A DNA stretch of 64,000 bases from Ascidiella aspersa. Lineage: Eukaryota. A program made the position numbers and the translations under genes. Shown here one piece after another: positions 50,901 through 62,900 of the stretch. The stretch's first letter is position 1, and the number at the start of each line of letters is the position of its first letter. The stretch covers positions 4,836,001-4,900,000 of the forward strand of contig OZ004615.1 of NCBI GenBank assembly GCA_963924565.1. The letters are read 5' to 3'. The notes beneath the pieces were generated by a model. That model saw only the letters and a list, made by a program, of their open reading frames with translations, searched no databases and was not told where the DNA came from.

Positions 50901-53900
50901 TTTATCTTTGCTAATTTTGTAGGGATATTTTCTTCATACTTAAATTGTTTTTCTAGGGTGCAACATCAAAACGTCACAAGAAGATGAACCCGGAGATCGA
51001 AAGCAGAAGAAAGAAGTTTCACGAAAATGTGAGTTCCCATTCCTCTCTGGGTCACACTCTGGTATAGTTAGAACCTAAGTTAATGCCGCAAAATATGTCA
51101 TATATAGTGCAGGGAAAGTGAGTCGCCTCTTTTCATTGTTCGACCAGTTTTCATTGTAGAGAACTTATTTAGTCTGGACAAAATATAAAGATGCTGGTAG
51201 CGTGATATACATCGGTTGACGTTAGACTCGGATTAATGTAAGCAAGCACGCTGTAAGCCCTCTTGGATTCGCTTAGTATTTTTTAAATCCGCTGTTTATT
51301 TCGTAACAATGCCAAGTATTTGACGTAACAGTATTTACCTGCTGAAAACAGTCAATCACGTCAACAATCAACTTACCAGCCGCGATGTTTACGCCAATAA
51401 ACGTCCCGCACAGCCTCAATACAATACGCGATGGGCAGAGGCGAGATATTTCGTGTCCGGACAGGGCACAGTCGACGGTTACTTCAAGTCGCGTATCAAG
51501 TCAGTCCGCCGCTCGTACCATTGTGTCGCTTTGGGGCTGCAACGGATTGTCTGGTTTAAATGTTTCAGTCGGCGCGATGGGCGATTCTGGCAGGTACATA
51601 AACTTTAGATAGCTCCCGGTTTTGTTTTGCGTGCATCTGTCAACGCGCAAGGGTAAACTTGGAGGGACCAGTTAGCAGTGGCAGTGTAAAGAGGAAGGTT
51701 TAGTTGGGTTTATTTTATGATCCTGAGGGTTGAGTTTTAGGTAAGGTTAATAAGAAAGTATAGGTAAAGTTCTCTGCGGTTCTGGTTGATTTTTTTTAAG
51801 TGCAAGTTAGTCGAAAGAATTGGCTTTCTGATTTATGTCGTATCAGAAAGTTGCTTGTACACGAAGTTCAGGCACGCTTAATCTTACACACGATAGCAAG
51901 GAAGTCGGTTTATTGCTGTATGTTTTCTTTCGCGCCAGGACCAAATTTTTGTTTAAATTGGACAGCTACATATTTTAGAAGGTAGTAACTAGTGAAGATA
52001 GTCCTTAAATAAAAACTGTTTAAAAAAACACCTAAACATTACACGCAAAACAGCAAAAATTTATCCTGAGTGCTAAAATATCTTTTTAGATGTGAAATAT
52101 AAAAACATAACAAGAAAGCGTTTAAATTCTTTTAAAATCTACACACACGCCTTTATAGAGCCCAGCATTTTCTTAACTTTCCGGTGTGTTTTGCACAGAA
52201 ACGATGTAATTTTAGCTGGTTTAATAATGAGATGTGAAAAAGAATCCACCTCTCGAAAAAGAAACTAGCCTTTGCCCTACATTACTGAAAACCAAATTTT
52301 AGAACGCTTGGCGACCCATAGACGAGCAAATGTTCCCCACGCCGCTCAAGGACGGCCCGGACAGCGAAAATGATGACGTCATCGTCCTGGGCAACCCCAT
52401 GACGTCACCGAACTGCATCAGAGGCAAGCGCCCCGGAGTGCTACAGGAGATTAACAATACCGGTGGCGCGGGAGGCGAAACGACACATTACCAGTTTCGG
52501 AATATCTTCACAACGACTCCGACACACCGCCCGTCGCCCCTGCCCTCGTTAAGGTGAGTTCAAGGTCGTTTTAGGTTACACGTGCTGGAAATTACCCTGG
52601 TCATAGATTTCTGTGAAATGGGTTTGGGCGTGATTAATTTTCTGAATCTTGAAGACATTGCCAAGAGTTTGTTGGGCATTGGGGCCGTTTTTCCGTGAAC
52701 GACTGTATTTTCGATGTTTCTACAGTTAAAAAAAGGATAGACAATTTTATATTTTTTGTCATTTTGAAAAAGTACTTCGCAACCCCAAATTATCTTCATT
52801 TTTTTTATAAATAGATGTCATGATTAGGGATGTCTAAAACTTCCTATTTTCTTTCGTGATTTGTGAGGTTGTTACTCTAAAATTTTCTTTAGCGTTAAAA
52901 AGTAGTTACTTTTGACTGCTAATTGCAAACCATTGCCGAAATGCACGAATACATTTTTCGTACCAGATCGACATAAATACCATTACCATCCTAGTATCGT
53001 AAAAGTGCCGATATTACCAGTTGGGCATCGGGTATCGGCCACGCCAGATTATATCTCTGGTGGTGATTACACTTAAAAACGAAACGATGAAGGGCAGTTT
53101 AGGACTAAAAAAAGATTGTTGGAAAGTTATAATAAACTCAACATGAAAGTTGATTTTTTTACTTGATTGTAAGGTAATGGTACCGTCGGACGATGTGTTT
53201 TTTTCCAAAATTCTAAACGAAACGTTTAGTCAGCATGCAGTTGCCATCTTGACCTAAAAATAAAATTATAGGAATGTTATACAAACTCGTATGAATTGTT
53301 ATACTTGGTTGTCTGCGTATGGTATCGTCGAACGTAAATTCCACTAATCCAGTGTTTTGCAACCTTATTTGGTTTGCGGCACCCTACAGAAATTATAAAT
53401 AGTTCGCGGCACCCTTGCTCGTATTTTTGCGTTAACTGTAACGTTACAATACACGAAATTGAAACAGCACATAACATGTACAACAAGGTCGATAAAACCT
53501 TTTTAATTATTGGCACTATTATCCTACACAAAAAAATGTGTCAAGAAGCTTACCAATAGAGTAAAAATTGAAGTCCTAAAAAACTTGAAATATCTCTAGG
53601 CACCCTTGAGCGTTAAAAATAGCACCCCGGTTAAGAACCACTGCACTAATCCAAACTAAACGTTTAATCAGCATGCAGTGTCCATCTTTCATGTGTCGCA
53701 CGGGTTTCGTCAGAAACGACCTGCACCCTTATCAGAGGCCTTTATTGTTCTAATCTCGCTCGCCCTGATTCGTAAGTGCCTTGCGCTCGATTAAACAGAG
53801 CGGCTCGCGCAAGATTCATGCAAGACGCGACGCTTGATTCTGTGACGTAACAATGGACAGCCCTCGCCCTTCATTAAAGACGTTCCAGATTGTTTTTCTC

Positions 53901-56900
53901 GCTCGAATTCTTGCGCGTGTTTTAATTGGCCGAAATAAAGACGTCGCTTATTACTGTTATTATTACTGCGCGACAATCACAATAGGAGCTACACAATGGC
54001 TTTTCCACACTCCACCCTAGTTTTGACGCGTTTATAATCCGCTCTGAGTCAACTTAATTAATTGATAGATTTATGCTTTTTTATACGACTGGTTGCGTAT
54101 TCAATTGAAGCCGCGTTTAATTCACTTTTTCTTCATTTTGTATCCTATTTCTTCAGAACAGTGGTTCCCGAGATTTATGGCTTACGGCACTTGAAAATAT
54201 TTAATAGATTGCGGCACCCCTGCTAGAATTTTCGTTAAGTGAGTTTTTTACGCCGTAAGTCTTCATAGACTAACCGAATCAGTCGGTCAATTAAGGATGT
54301 TCGTGCAACCCAGGCTATAAAAACAACCAGTTTGCAGTGAGGTTCGAACTCACGACCTCCGGCCATTGACGAGCTTGCATGAATATCCTTTGATCGACTG
54401 ATTCGGTTAGTCTAAAGCAACAACTATAGAAGGGCTAGATCACAGTCGTTGTACACGTGTGTGTATGTGGCTGTCAGTGATATACTTTAATGTCACTATA
54501 AACGAAACTGTTACAACCCAATTAACACATGTATGAAAATATTATTTGATTGGTTGCACTCGAGTATTGACCGAACACAAACAGTTGCATCAGGAGGCTT
54601 ACCAATGGAGTGAAATCAGAATGTTAAAGAATTCAAAATAACATGTGGCACCCTTGAGCATTACAAACGAAACACTGTATTGCCGCGGCAAACCCGATAG
54701 GGAACTGAAAGGTGTAGCGTTGTTTATTGTGGCCATTTGCAGCCGGGATTGTTGAAAACACATGATGGCAAATTGTTTCCTGTGCGAACTCCTGCTTTGC
54801 CAGGGCGCGTGTATAAATAGTAACAGTTTCAATTGCGTTTCAAGTTCAAAAATGTAACACTAGGTCGTGTTGTGCTTGAATGTTTTTAGAAAAGGTGAAC
54901 CCTTTCTAGAGGTTTTTTAAGTTTTAATACTTTTTGCAAATCCTATAAATATTAATACTTTAGTATCGTCGCGATTTATGCACTTGTTGACATACAATGT
55001 AAATTCACCCTTTTTTTCTTCTTCGAATTTCACCCGATTATCAAATTCAACTCATAAATTACAATCGCATTTAAATCGCCGAAACAGTTTGCTTACTGAG
55101 CCTTTGGTGACGAAACAAAGGCAATAGTTACGTCACAGGGCAGGTAGAAAGGCAAACCAACCGTCTCGCAATGTCTTGCCCAGCAGCAGCAGCAGCAGTC
55201 CACACCTGTGCGTTGTTTGCGCTCGAGTCTTGAACAGTCCTTGCCCAAACAAGTTCAAACCTGCACGCGAGTGACCCGTTTTTTAGGCCGTTTAGATTTA
55301 CGGCCGGGCACCTTTGTTTAGGCCATTTTTGGTCAAATTTTATACCTCTTTTGGCCAAAATTAACGCTTGGCGATTTTAGAAGCGTTCAGTAAACCTACC
55401 CGTACCAATCAGAACTTTAGATTATATAAAGATCCGAAAAAAACGTATTTTTTTGCGTATATTAGGCCACAAAAACTGGCCCAAATCTGGCCTACGTCTG
55501 AGGCCCCGGCGCACACGTCTGCTGATTGGTTAATAATGGGTCACGTGGCCTTGTTTACAAACGTTCGAACCTCGGCTCGGGCGTATGCGAGACTTTACGA
55601 TGCAGGTTTTGCGGGAGCCGGTGTTGTTCGTTGATCGGGAGTTGAAAATGATGGCTGTACTACGGTAACGGCTGTCGTGTGGTTTGCAACGGATCTTAGC
55701 AAGTCCAGATTTGCTCCTTGGTTCGGTGTTTGCGGGCGTTGTAATAAAAACCCATTGATGCTTTGGCGTAAAGATTGATGCTGGTTCGTGTTAAAGATTA
55801 TATGACGTAATCGTTAGCCGGTACCATCGAAAAAAAATTGTTTCGTGTTGACTTGTGGCTGTTACGATATTAGTTAATTAATGTAACTGGCGATAAATAT
55901 TGTACTGTCATTGTTATATGACGCCATTGGGTATATTTCTATCCGGCAATGACTACAAATAGGCCGCTTTAAATTAGTTGTGTTGCATTAAAGTGTAAAT
56001 CAATTATGAGCTGGAATGATTGTGATTGATGGTCTGGATTAGAAGAATAATAAACTTAAACTTTAATTTTGTTGCCTGATGTTGTCTTTTCGCGCACTGA
56101 TTTGATTCTTTAGTCAGAAGTTTATCATTTAATAGAACAAAAATGTTTTACCGATTTTTTTCGTAAATTCTTGTTTACAAAATGTTTTGCAAAGCGCAAT
56201 TAAATCCAATACACCAGGTTAGCTTTTGAAAGATTGTTTGAAAACGATGTTGGAAATCTAGCAAGCGTTGTTCTTCGCCTTATGTTTGCTTAATAAAAAA
56301 AAAATGGCCACATTTATTAATAAAAATCCAGGCAAACCACAGGTTTTTATTAATAATCGTTTGTCTTGAAACCGTCAACTATGCGACGCACACCAAATTA
56401 TCCTGTGTGAATGAGTCGGCCTTGCGTCCATTGGGACCGTTCATTGTCGCATACTTATTTAACGAGGGGCGACAAACATGACAAATCACGATCCAATATC
56501 CTTTCGCGGCGATATGCGACGCAATGACGTCACTATGGGCAATTTTCCACGGGGGGCGAGGGGAGGGGGGACACACGCCACCGAATTTTCACACATCCCC
56601 ATTCCCAGCCCCTTAGCAATGGACAAGGTCGATAAGCAGAAAATGATATCACGGCCATTGATTTTAGCGTAGCGGCGTCTTTGATGACCATTTGAGTCCT
56701 TTTGCTGCAAAGCGCGCGTTCGCAGTCTCTCGCGTGCTAACAAGCAAGTAATTGAATCGTGCCGGACGACTGACCTTGGCTTTATCCGGCCGTGGTAACT
56801 GTATCCTGTTTTTTTGGCCGCGTCACTCTTTTTTCACCAATGGTTTTGCGTCCGAATGCTTCCTAAGCGAAAGTGGATTTGTTTGTGGTTAATACTAGCC

Positions 56901-59900
56901 TAGCAAAAGTGGATTTTGACTTTTTCTCAAACAACTCTTTTTTTAAACCATTTCGCCACGTCCTTTATTTTCATCGTTTTACCCTGGATTTGTGTCTTTG
57001 CAAAAACGGCAGTAAGTCGACAGAAATTTAAAGGTACTTTCGGCCAAGTTACTATACCAGATATAAAAAGACCCTTATACCCACTAAAAACGGTCAATTA
57101 TTTGGGCCATGTATAACGCTATTTTGGGCAGATGTAAAAATCTTGTTTTATTTAAGGCCACCTGAACCGCCCACTAATAAAGGCCATGTAAAGAAACACT
57201 TGCTATTTTGGTCAATGTCACAAACCCACTATTTGAGGCCGTATAAGCATGCACCAGTTATGGCCGTGTGAAGAAACACCTACTATTTTGGGACATGTAA
57301 TTGTTCCACTCCTCAGGGCCACGTAAAGCTCCCACTATTTTGTCCCGTTTAAAGCGCTTACTTACTACGCCTGTTGAAGGGGCCCTGTCCAGAACGTGGG
57401 AAGAACACGGGCGGTTTTCACGTTCGTTAAAGGACCGTTACGCTCGCCACAATGCGACCGCGGCGTGCCTTTGTGATCAAACAAAGACGCCTTTCGGCCG
57501 CCCCCTCCGCCGCTCGACTTTCTCTTCGCCCTCGCTATTCCATTGTCCGCGCATTGGCTCAGACTTGCCCGTCGGACCGTTCCGGGCGTACCGGGACACG
57601 TCCTATCACGTGCCAAAATAACCACGGCCGATCTACGGCCATTACATTACATTACGGGTTTCTCGTGTTATTGTGGGCGTTTAAATGCCTCGCTCCCCTG
57701 CGCAAATATTACGCCGCCTTCGGTTGGAAAACACGGAGATTTTTTATGATGATTTCCTTTTCTGTCGTCTTAAGGTCGTAAATCGTGCCCGCCGCAAACT
57801 GTTGCTTGCTTCTGTTTGCTTTACCACTGACGGAATTGCGATTTGTATTTGGATTCGTGTGCATACGCTCTCTCTCTCTCGCTTACTCTGTTACACTCGG
57901 GCCGTTTAAATTCCCGTTAAGCCTTCGAAAGATTAATAGCTCTGTAAAAAAAATAACATTACAGTTGTTTCTAGGTAATCTTGTTCAATGCCAACTCGCT
58001 TTGAGGTATAGTTGGTTTTGATTTATTAGATTTTCGCAAAACTGATATTTCAGCCGTTATCGAATTTCAAATTAATATTTTTTGCTGAGCGTTTTTTATG
58101 CTTTACAGGGGTGTTTGTCCGGTTTAAATGTGGCATTTATTTACTTAACGGAAGTACATGTCGTCAAATTAGAACGTATTTGTCGAGATCGAACTGCGAA
58201 CTAGAATTGCCATCTAAAGGGAAACTGCTGACAATCACCTAGATAACTTTTAATTTTAATGATAATCCTGAGTCGATTGGTGTGATTTCCTCAAGCAATC
58301 TGAGCGTCTGATTTGTGTCTAGTTTACCTTTTACGAGAAACGTGTTGCATGGTGTCTAGATACATATGTTACTGGTTTAACTGGAATGCCTTCATACTGG
58401 CCTGGCTACAGTATAAATGCTATATGTAGGATTGTAGGTGTGAACCAGGTGGCGAATGTAAAGTGCACCTTACTGTACCCCTACTCATGATCACACTTGA
58501 TTAATTTTATCATTTCAAAAGGTTTTTCGTTTCCATTAACTCTTCAGCGTTTCGTGTACAATAAATACTCAAAAGGTTGAATAGAAATAAAAATGAGGAA
58601 AGGTGTTGGCTACGATTAAATTACGAACCAAATTAAACAATTACTATGATTTTTTTTTGACCGAAGAACAGTTTTGAAATAGGCAGTGATATATCAAATT
58701 TAAAAACAAAAAAATATTTCGAAAAAGAAAAGTAAAATGAAAACATTGTTTTGGGAATCTGAACTATTTTAGTTGAATATTTTAGAAATGTGGATAAACT
58801 ATAGTCTTTTATCGGGTAGTATAATCTATTGCCTAAAAGACAAAACTTGGTCAGTTGTAGAAAGTAATTAAGGCCAAACCAAACAAATCAGCCATAAGAG
58901 AGCGCCATGCCTTACTAAAACTCCTGGCGACCACTTAAAACGCCAAACCAGCCGTTTAAATGCCCTCATAATGCTGTACATGACACGCGACACCCTGGTG
59001 ATTGTGCGCGCGCAACCCGCCCCCTTCGTCCACCCTAGTTTTCCCACAGGCAAAAAAATCCCACACATGCCCCAAGACCCGGGGACAGCTGGCCGCTCGC
59101 CTCTCGCATTACCGCCATTGTGACGTAACAGTGGACCGGTTCGGATGTTGTGATTGTTTAAACTCGTACTCGTTTCCGTGTCGGCTTACCTTCGCCTTCT
59201 ACACCAAGCACCTGCCAGCGCCTACTAGGCTGGCCACTTGCCTTTAAACGAATCTCCCCCCCTCGGAAGACCGGTGTTAATCTTCTTAACTGTTGGGCCC
59301 CGCTTTTGTCTTTGCTTGTCCGTCGGAATGGTTGGAATTCGGCGCCTGTTCTTGCTTGATTGGCAAGCCGATTTTGTGTGTGCGACATTCGATAGCTTCT
59401 TCCGCTTGGCTTTAAATGCCTTTTAATGTTGTAAATTTCAACTGCGGCTTTGCTGAGAAAATATTTAATTGTGATAGTGTAGTGATAATAGTAGAAAATT
59501 ATCTAACAACAAATGTATGCAACACTAACAGGTACTAACAGGTAACATCCGAGTTTGTTTGCAACATTCGATAGCTTCCTCTTGGCTTTAAAAGCCATTT
59601 AATCTTTTAAATTTCAACGTCGGCTTTTCTGGGAAAATATTTCATAGTGATGAAAGTAAAATATTTAGCAACAGCATTGTGTGCAACAGTATCATATATA
59701 TTTATTCTTCCAGATCAAAATTTCTTGCCAGAAAATCTCCTAAAATTCCAGCGTATTGAAACATCATAATGACAACTATATTTATTTTATGTAATTATAC
59801 GAATTTAACCCAATTTACTGTCCGCCATTGCCAAATTAAACCCAGGCGTTGACAGCGTATAACCCAGCGCGGAGAAAAATAACAGAACTGCGGATAAAGG

Positions 59901-62900
59901 AAAATCAAAACACTTGCGCGGGTCTATTTTCAATACTGAGACCTAATAATAACAACAGCACGGCGCCCCTTCGAAAACCCCTGTTAAAACAACTCTTGTG
60001 TCGCTGCGAAAGTTACCGGATGCAGAAAAACCGAGCATCGTCCATCGTGGCTAAACGGCACTGAGACAGCATGGCTGCGTCGAAGGATACCGCCATTGTC
60101 GCCGTTGAATTGGGCCTTTGTTACGTCACGACGGGTCGTCAGTCGCGCGAGCGACGTCTTCCCGTGTTCACCCAGTTTAGTTGCGGCCCCAGGGACTTGC
60201 TCGTCCGTGGGATTTCGCCGCCGCCGGCGTTTCTCTGTTTGGAGAGCGGCAGTTTCCCTTTTTTCTCGCCCGAACCGCCGCTTTATAAACGCCCGGCGAC
60301 GCTTCGCTGTATGACAGAGCTTAGTAGCAGCTTTTACGGTGCTTGAGTCAGTTTTTTGAACGGCTGTAGTAGTGTTGTGTTACCCTATACCGCTGCCGCA
60401 TTTTTAGTGATAGCGTGTCAGTGGCGCATTTTTTACCTCATTTTTTAATAGGTTTATAGAACAAAGTTTTTTGGGCTGTAATTAAGATGTCTGCGAGAAA
60501 CAGTTTTCTATTAGCCAGTTTATATCAAAGGGTTCTGGGTAAAGTAATGTTGGCAAATATTTCGAATTAAATCTGTGATTGGTGTTCCATAGTATTTTAC
60601 TTGTTTTGCTGATATTTATCGTCTATATTCCATGATATTTTTGGAAAAAAATGTGAACTCTTGTCTGACCAATTTTCCCTTTCTTGCTCTTAGAATTTTA
60701 CTAGGCACATTTTTAGTATTTATTTGTCAGCTTAATTGTTTCGTGTCATTTTGAACGAGAGGAAAAAACAAACAGCAACATGGTTATGCACACTTCTCTT
60801 TACGTGCGCACAACTTTCGTTAACAAATACCTCAACACGGAAAGGTGAGAGCGTTGAAAACTATCGAACCTAGCACTGTTTGTCTTCGTGTAGCTTTGCT
60901 TTAATGTCGGCTCACGCCTGTGTGTGACATCACAAAGGCCCTTTGCCGCGTCACAGTGCCGAGTTTGCCTTCTCGAACGAAGTGTTTGTATAAATCAGAA
61001 GAAAGCTTTGACAGCACGTGCGCGCAATTTTACCGGCACTTGCGCTGGGTTTGGCCGAACTTTGAGCTTATTACTGTAGGGTTGGATATTTAACGATTGA
61101 CGCAGCTGTGTATATAGCACTTACTGTCGAGCACGAATTCTTGTTACAATTTTAAATATAAGAATGTTTCAAACATGGGTTTTGAAGTCTTATTTTACAC
61201 AAAGTCCAAAACAAAACTAAATACTATATTCAACGGCTTTCTAACCAATTTTGATCCGAAAGAATGATTTTTAGATCTCTACAAAATGAAATTTAACCGC
61301 CCAGTAAAGTAAACACATTTATTTTTAAAATGTACTTCAAATTTTTAAATTTGTTTTTTTTTTCTCAGCTGGGCCGACTCGGAAGAGCTGTGGAAATCGA
61401 TGGTCTGCAAAGAGCCGTCGTATGATCGAAACAGCAGCTACATGAACAGACACGTAGACCTTCAGCCCAGAATGAGATCCATACTGCTCGACTGGATTAT
61501 GGAGGTAGACAAAAATTTTCTCATTTACGTTAATAGGAAATCTTTGGTTAATTTGTTCAACAAATTCTACTTTAAAAAAAATAGAGTTAGCTACACCAGG
61601 CAACATATCAATAGATAGAATTACTTTTCTGGACGTTATAAAGCTTTTGCAAGCCTGCGGAATTAATATTATACTCGTTGGTAACTTGTTCAGACCGGCC
61701 TATATTTGCCGCCTAGTTTTATTTTTTTTTTTTAAAGCAACATTTTTCAGCCTAAGGACACTAAGATTGTGGTAAACTACATTTTTCTAGTTGCCACCAC
61801 TCTTCATACTTTGGCTTGGTAGCACGGTATTTGCTGCAATTCGGTAAACTGTGCCGCGTATAAAAGCCAAGAATAACTTTTGAACAAGTTTGGCTATTTT
61901 CAAGTCTCCAAACATTATTTCACACAAGTCGAGTATTAAACTGTGCGTTTTTCCTTTAAAAGGTTTGCGAGGTTTATACGCTCCATCGCGAGACCTTCTA
62001 CCTTGCCGTGGACTACATCGACCGCTACCTCTCCAACACCAAGGACATCCACAAGACGAGGTTGCAGCTCGTCGGCGTTACGTCACTCTTCATAGCCGCC
62101 AAGCTGGAGGTAAGTCTACTCTACGCTATATAGTCGTCGCTGTTATTTATTGGTTATTTGCACAGTTTGATCAAGTACAAACATAATGTGGTTTCCTAAC
62201 TTGTTATTCAGAAAACAAAACAAACTTGAGACTCGACTATTCTTAAGATGAATTTTAGCACCGTGGTAATTGGAAACCTTGAATTTAATTTCCCCTTTGT
62301 TTGTTTTAAGTCAACTTCACATACATAATGCTTTCAAATAGATACATATTTTTTATTTTTTTGCTTGCCTGGTAAACCAGGTGTCAGAAGTGTTCCAAAC
62401 ATATAACCCAATTAATAATTCTACACAAAACCGCCTGAGAGCTTTATTACCAGGCCAACCACAAATTTCAACAAAAAAAAAACAACCTACTGCTTTTACA
62501 TGTGTTTTTCCACCACTGGTTGACCCCAAAATAGTTTCTCCTTTAAACAACACTAAATCCTCTCTATCGTTGCAGGAAATCTATCCACCCAAGCTCAGCG
62601 ACTTCGCATACGTAACGGACGGTGCTTGTACCGAAGACGAAATCCTTTCCCAGGAGCTCCTGATGCTTAGCACCCTCAAGTGGTCGCTCTCGCCCATTAC
62701 CGCCATCTCGTGGCTGAACGTGTACCTGCAAACCGCCCACGCGGCATTTGCACCCAACCCCAACCCAACCACCGCCTTCTTTCTGCCCCAGTACCCACCC
62801 GAGACCTTCGTACACATCGCACAGGTAATTTTTTGGGAAAAAATTATGACGACTTGGTATTTGCCGTTTTTCATCATTAGTATTTAAAACAGCGAAATAC

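Noticed and set aside
54325-54375. Possible tRNA gene
   Set aside because: Only a T-arm/B-box-like segment is present, with no acceptor stem, D arm or anticodon arm.
55181-55198. (CAG)6 as a possible polyQ or polyA coding tract
   Set aside because: Short intronic microsatellite with no supporting exon.
57300-58020. Overlapping ORFs in the cyclin E intron
   Set aside because: GC-rich non-coding module plus minisatellite; no recognisable protein.
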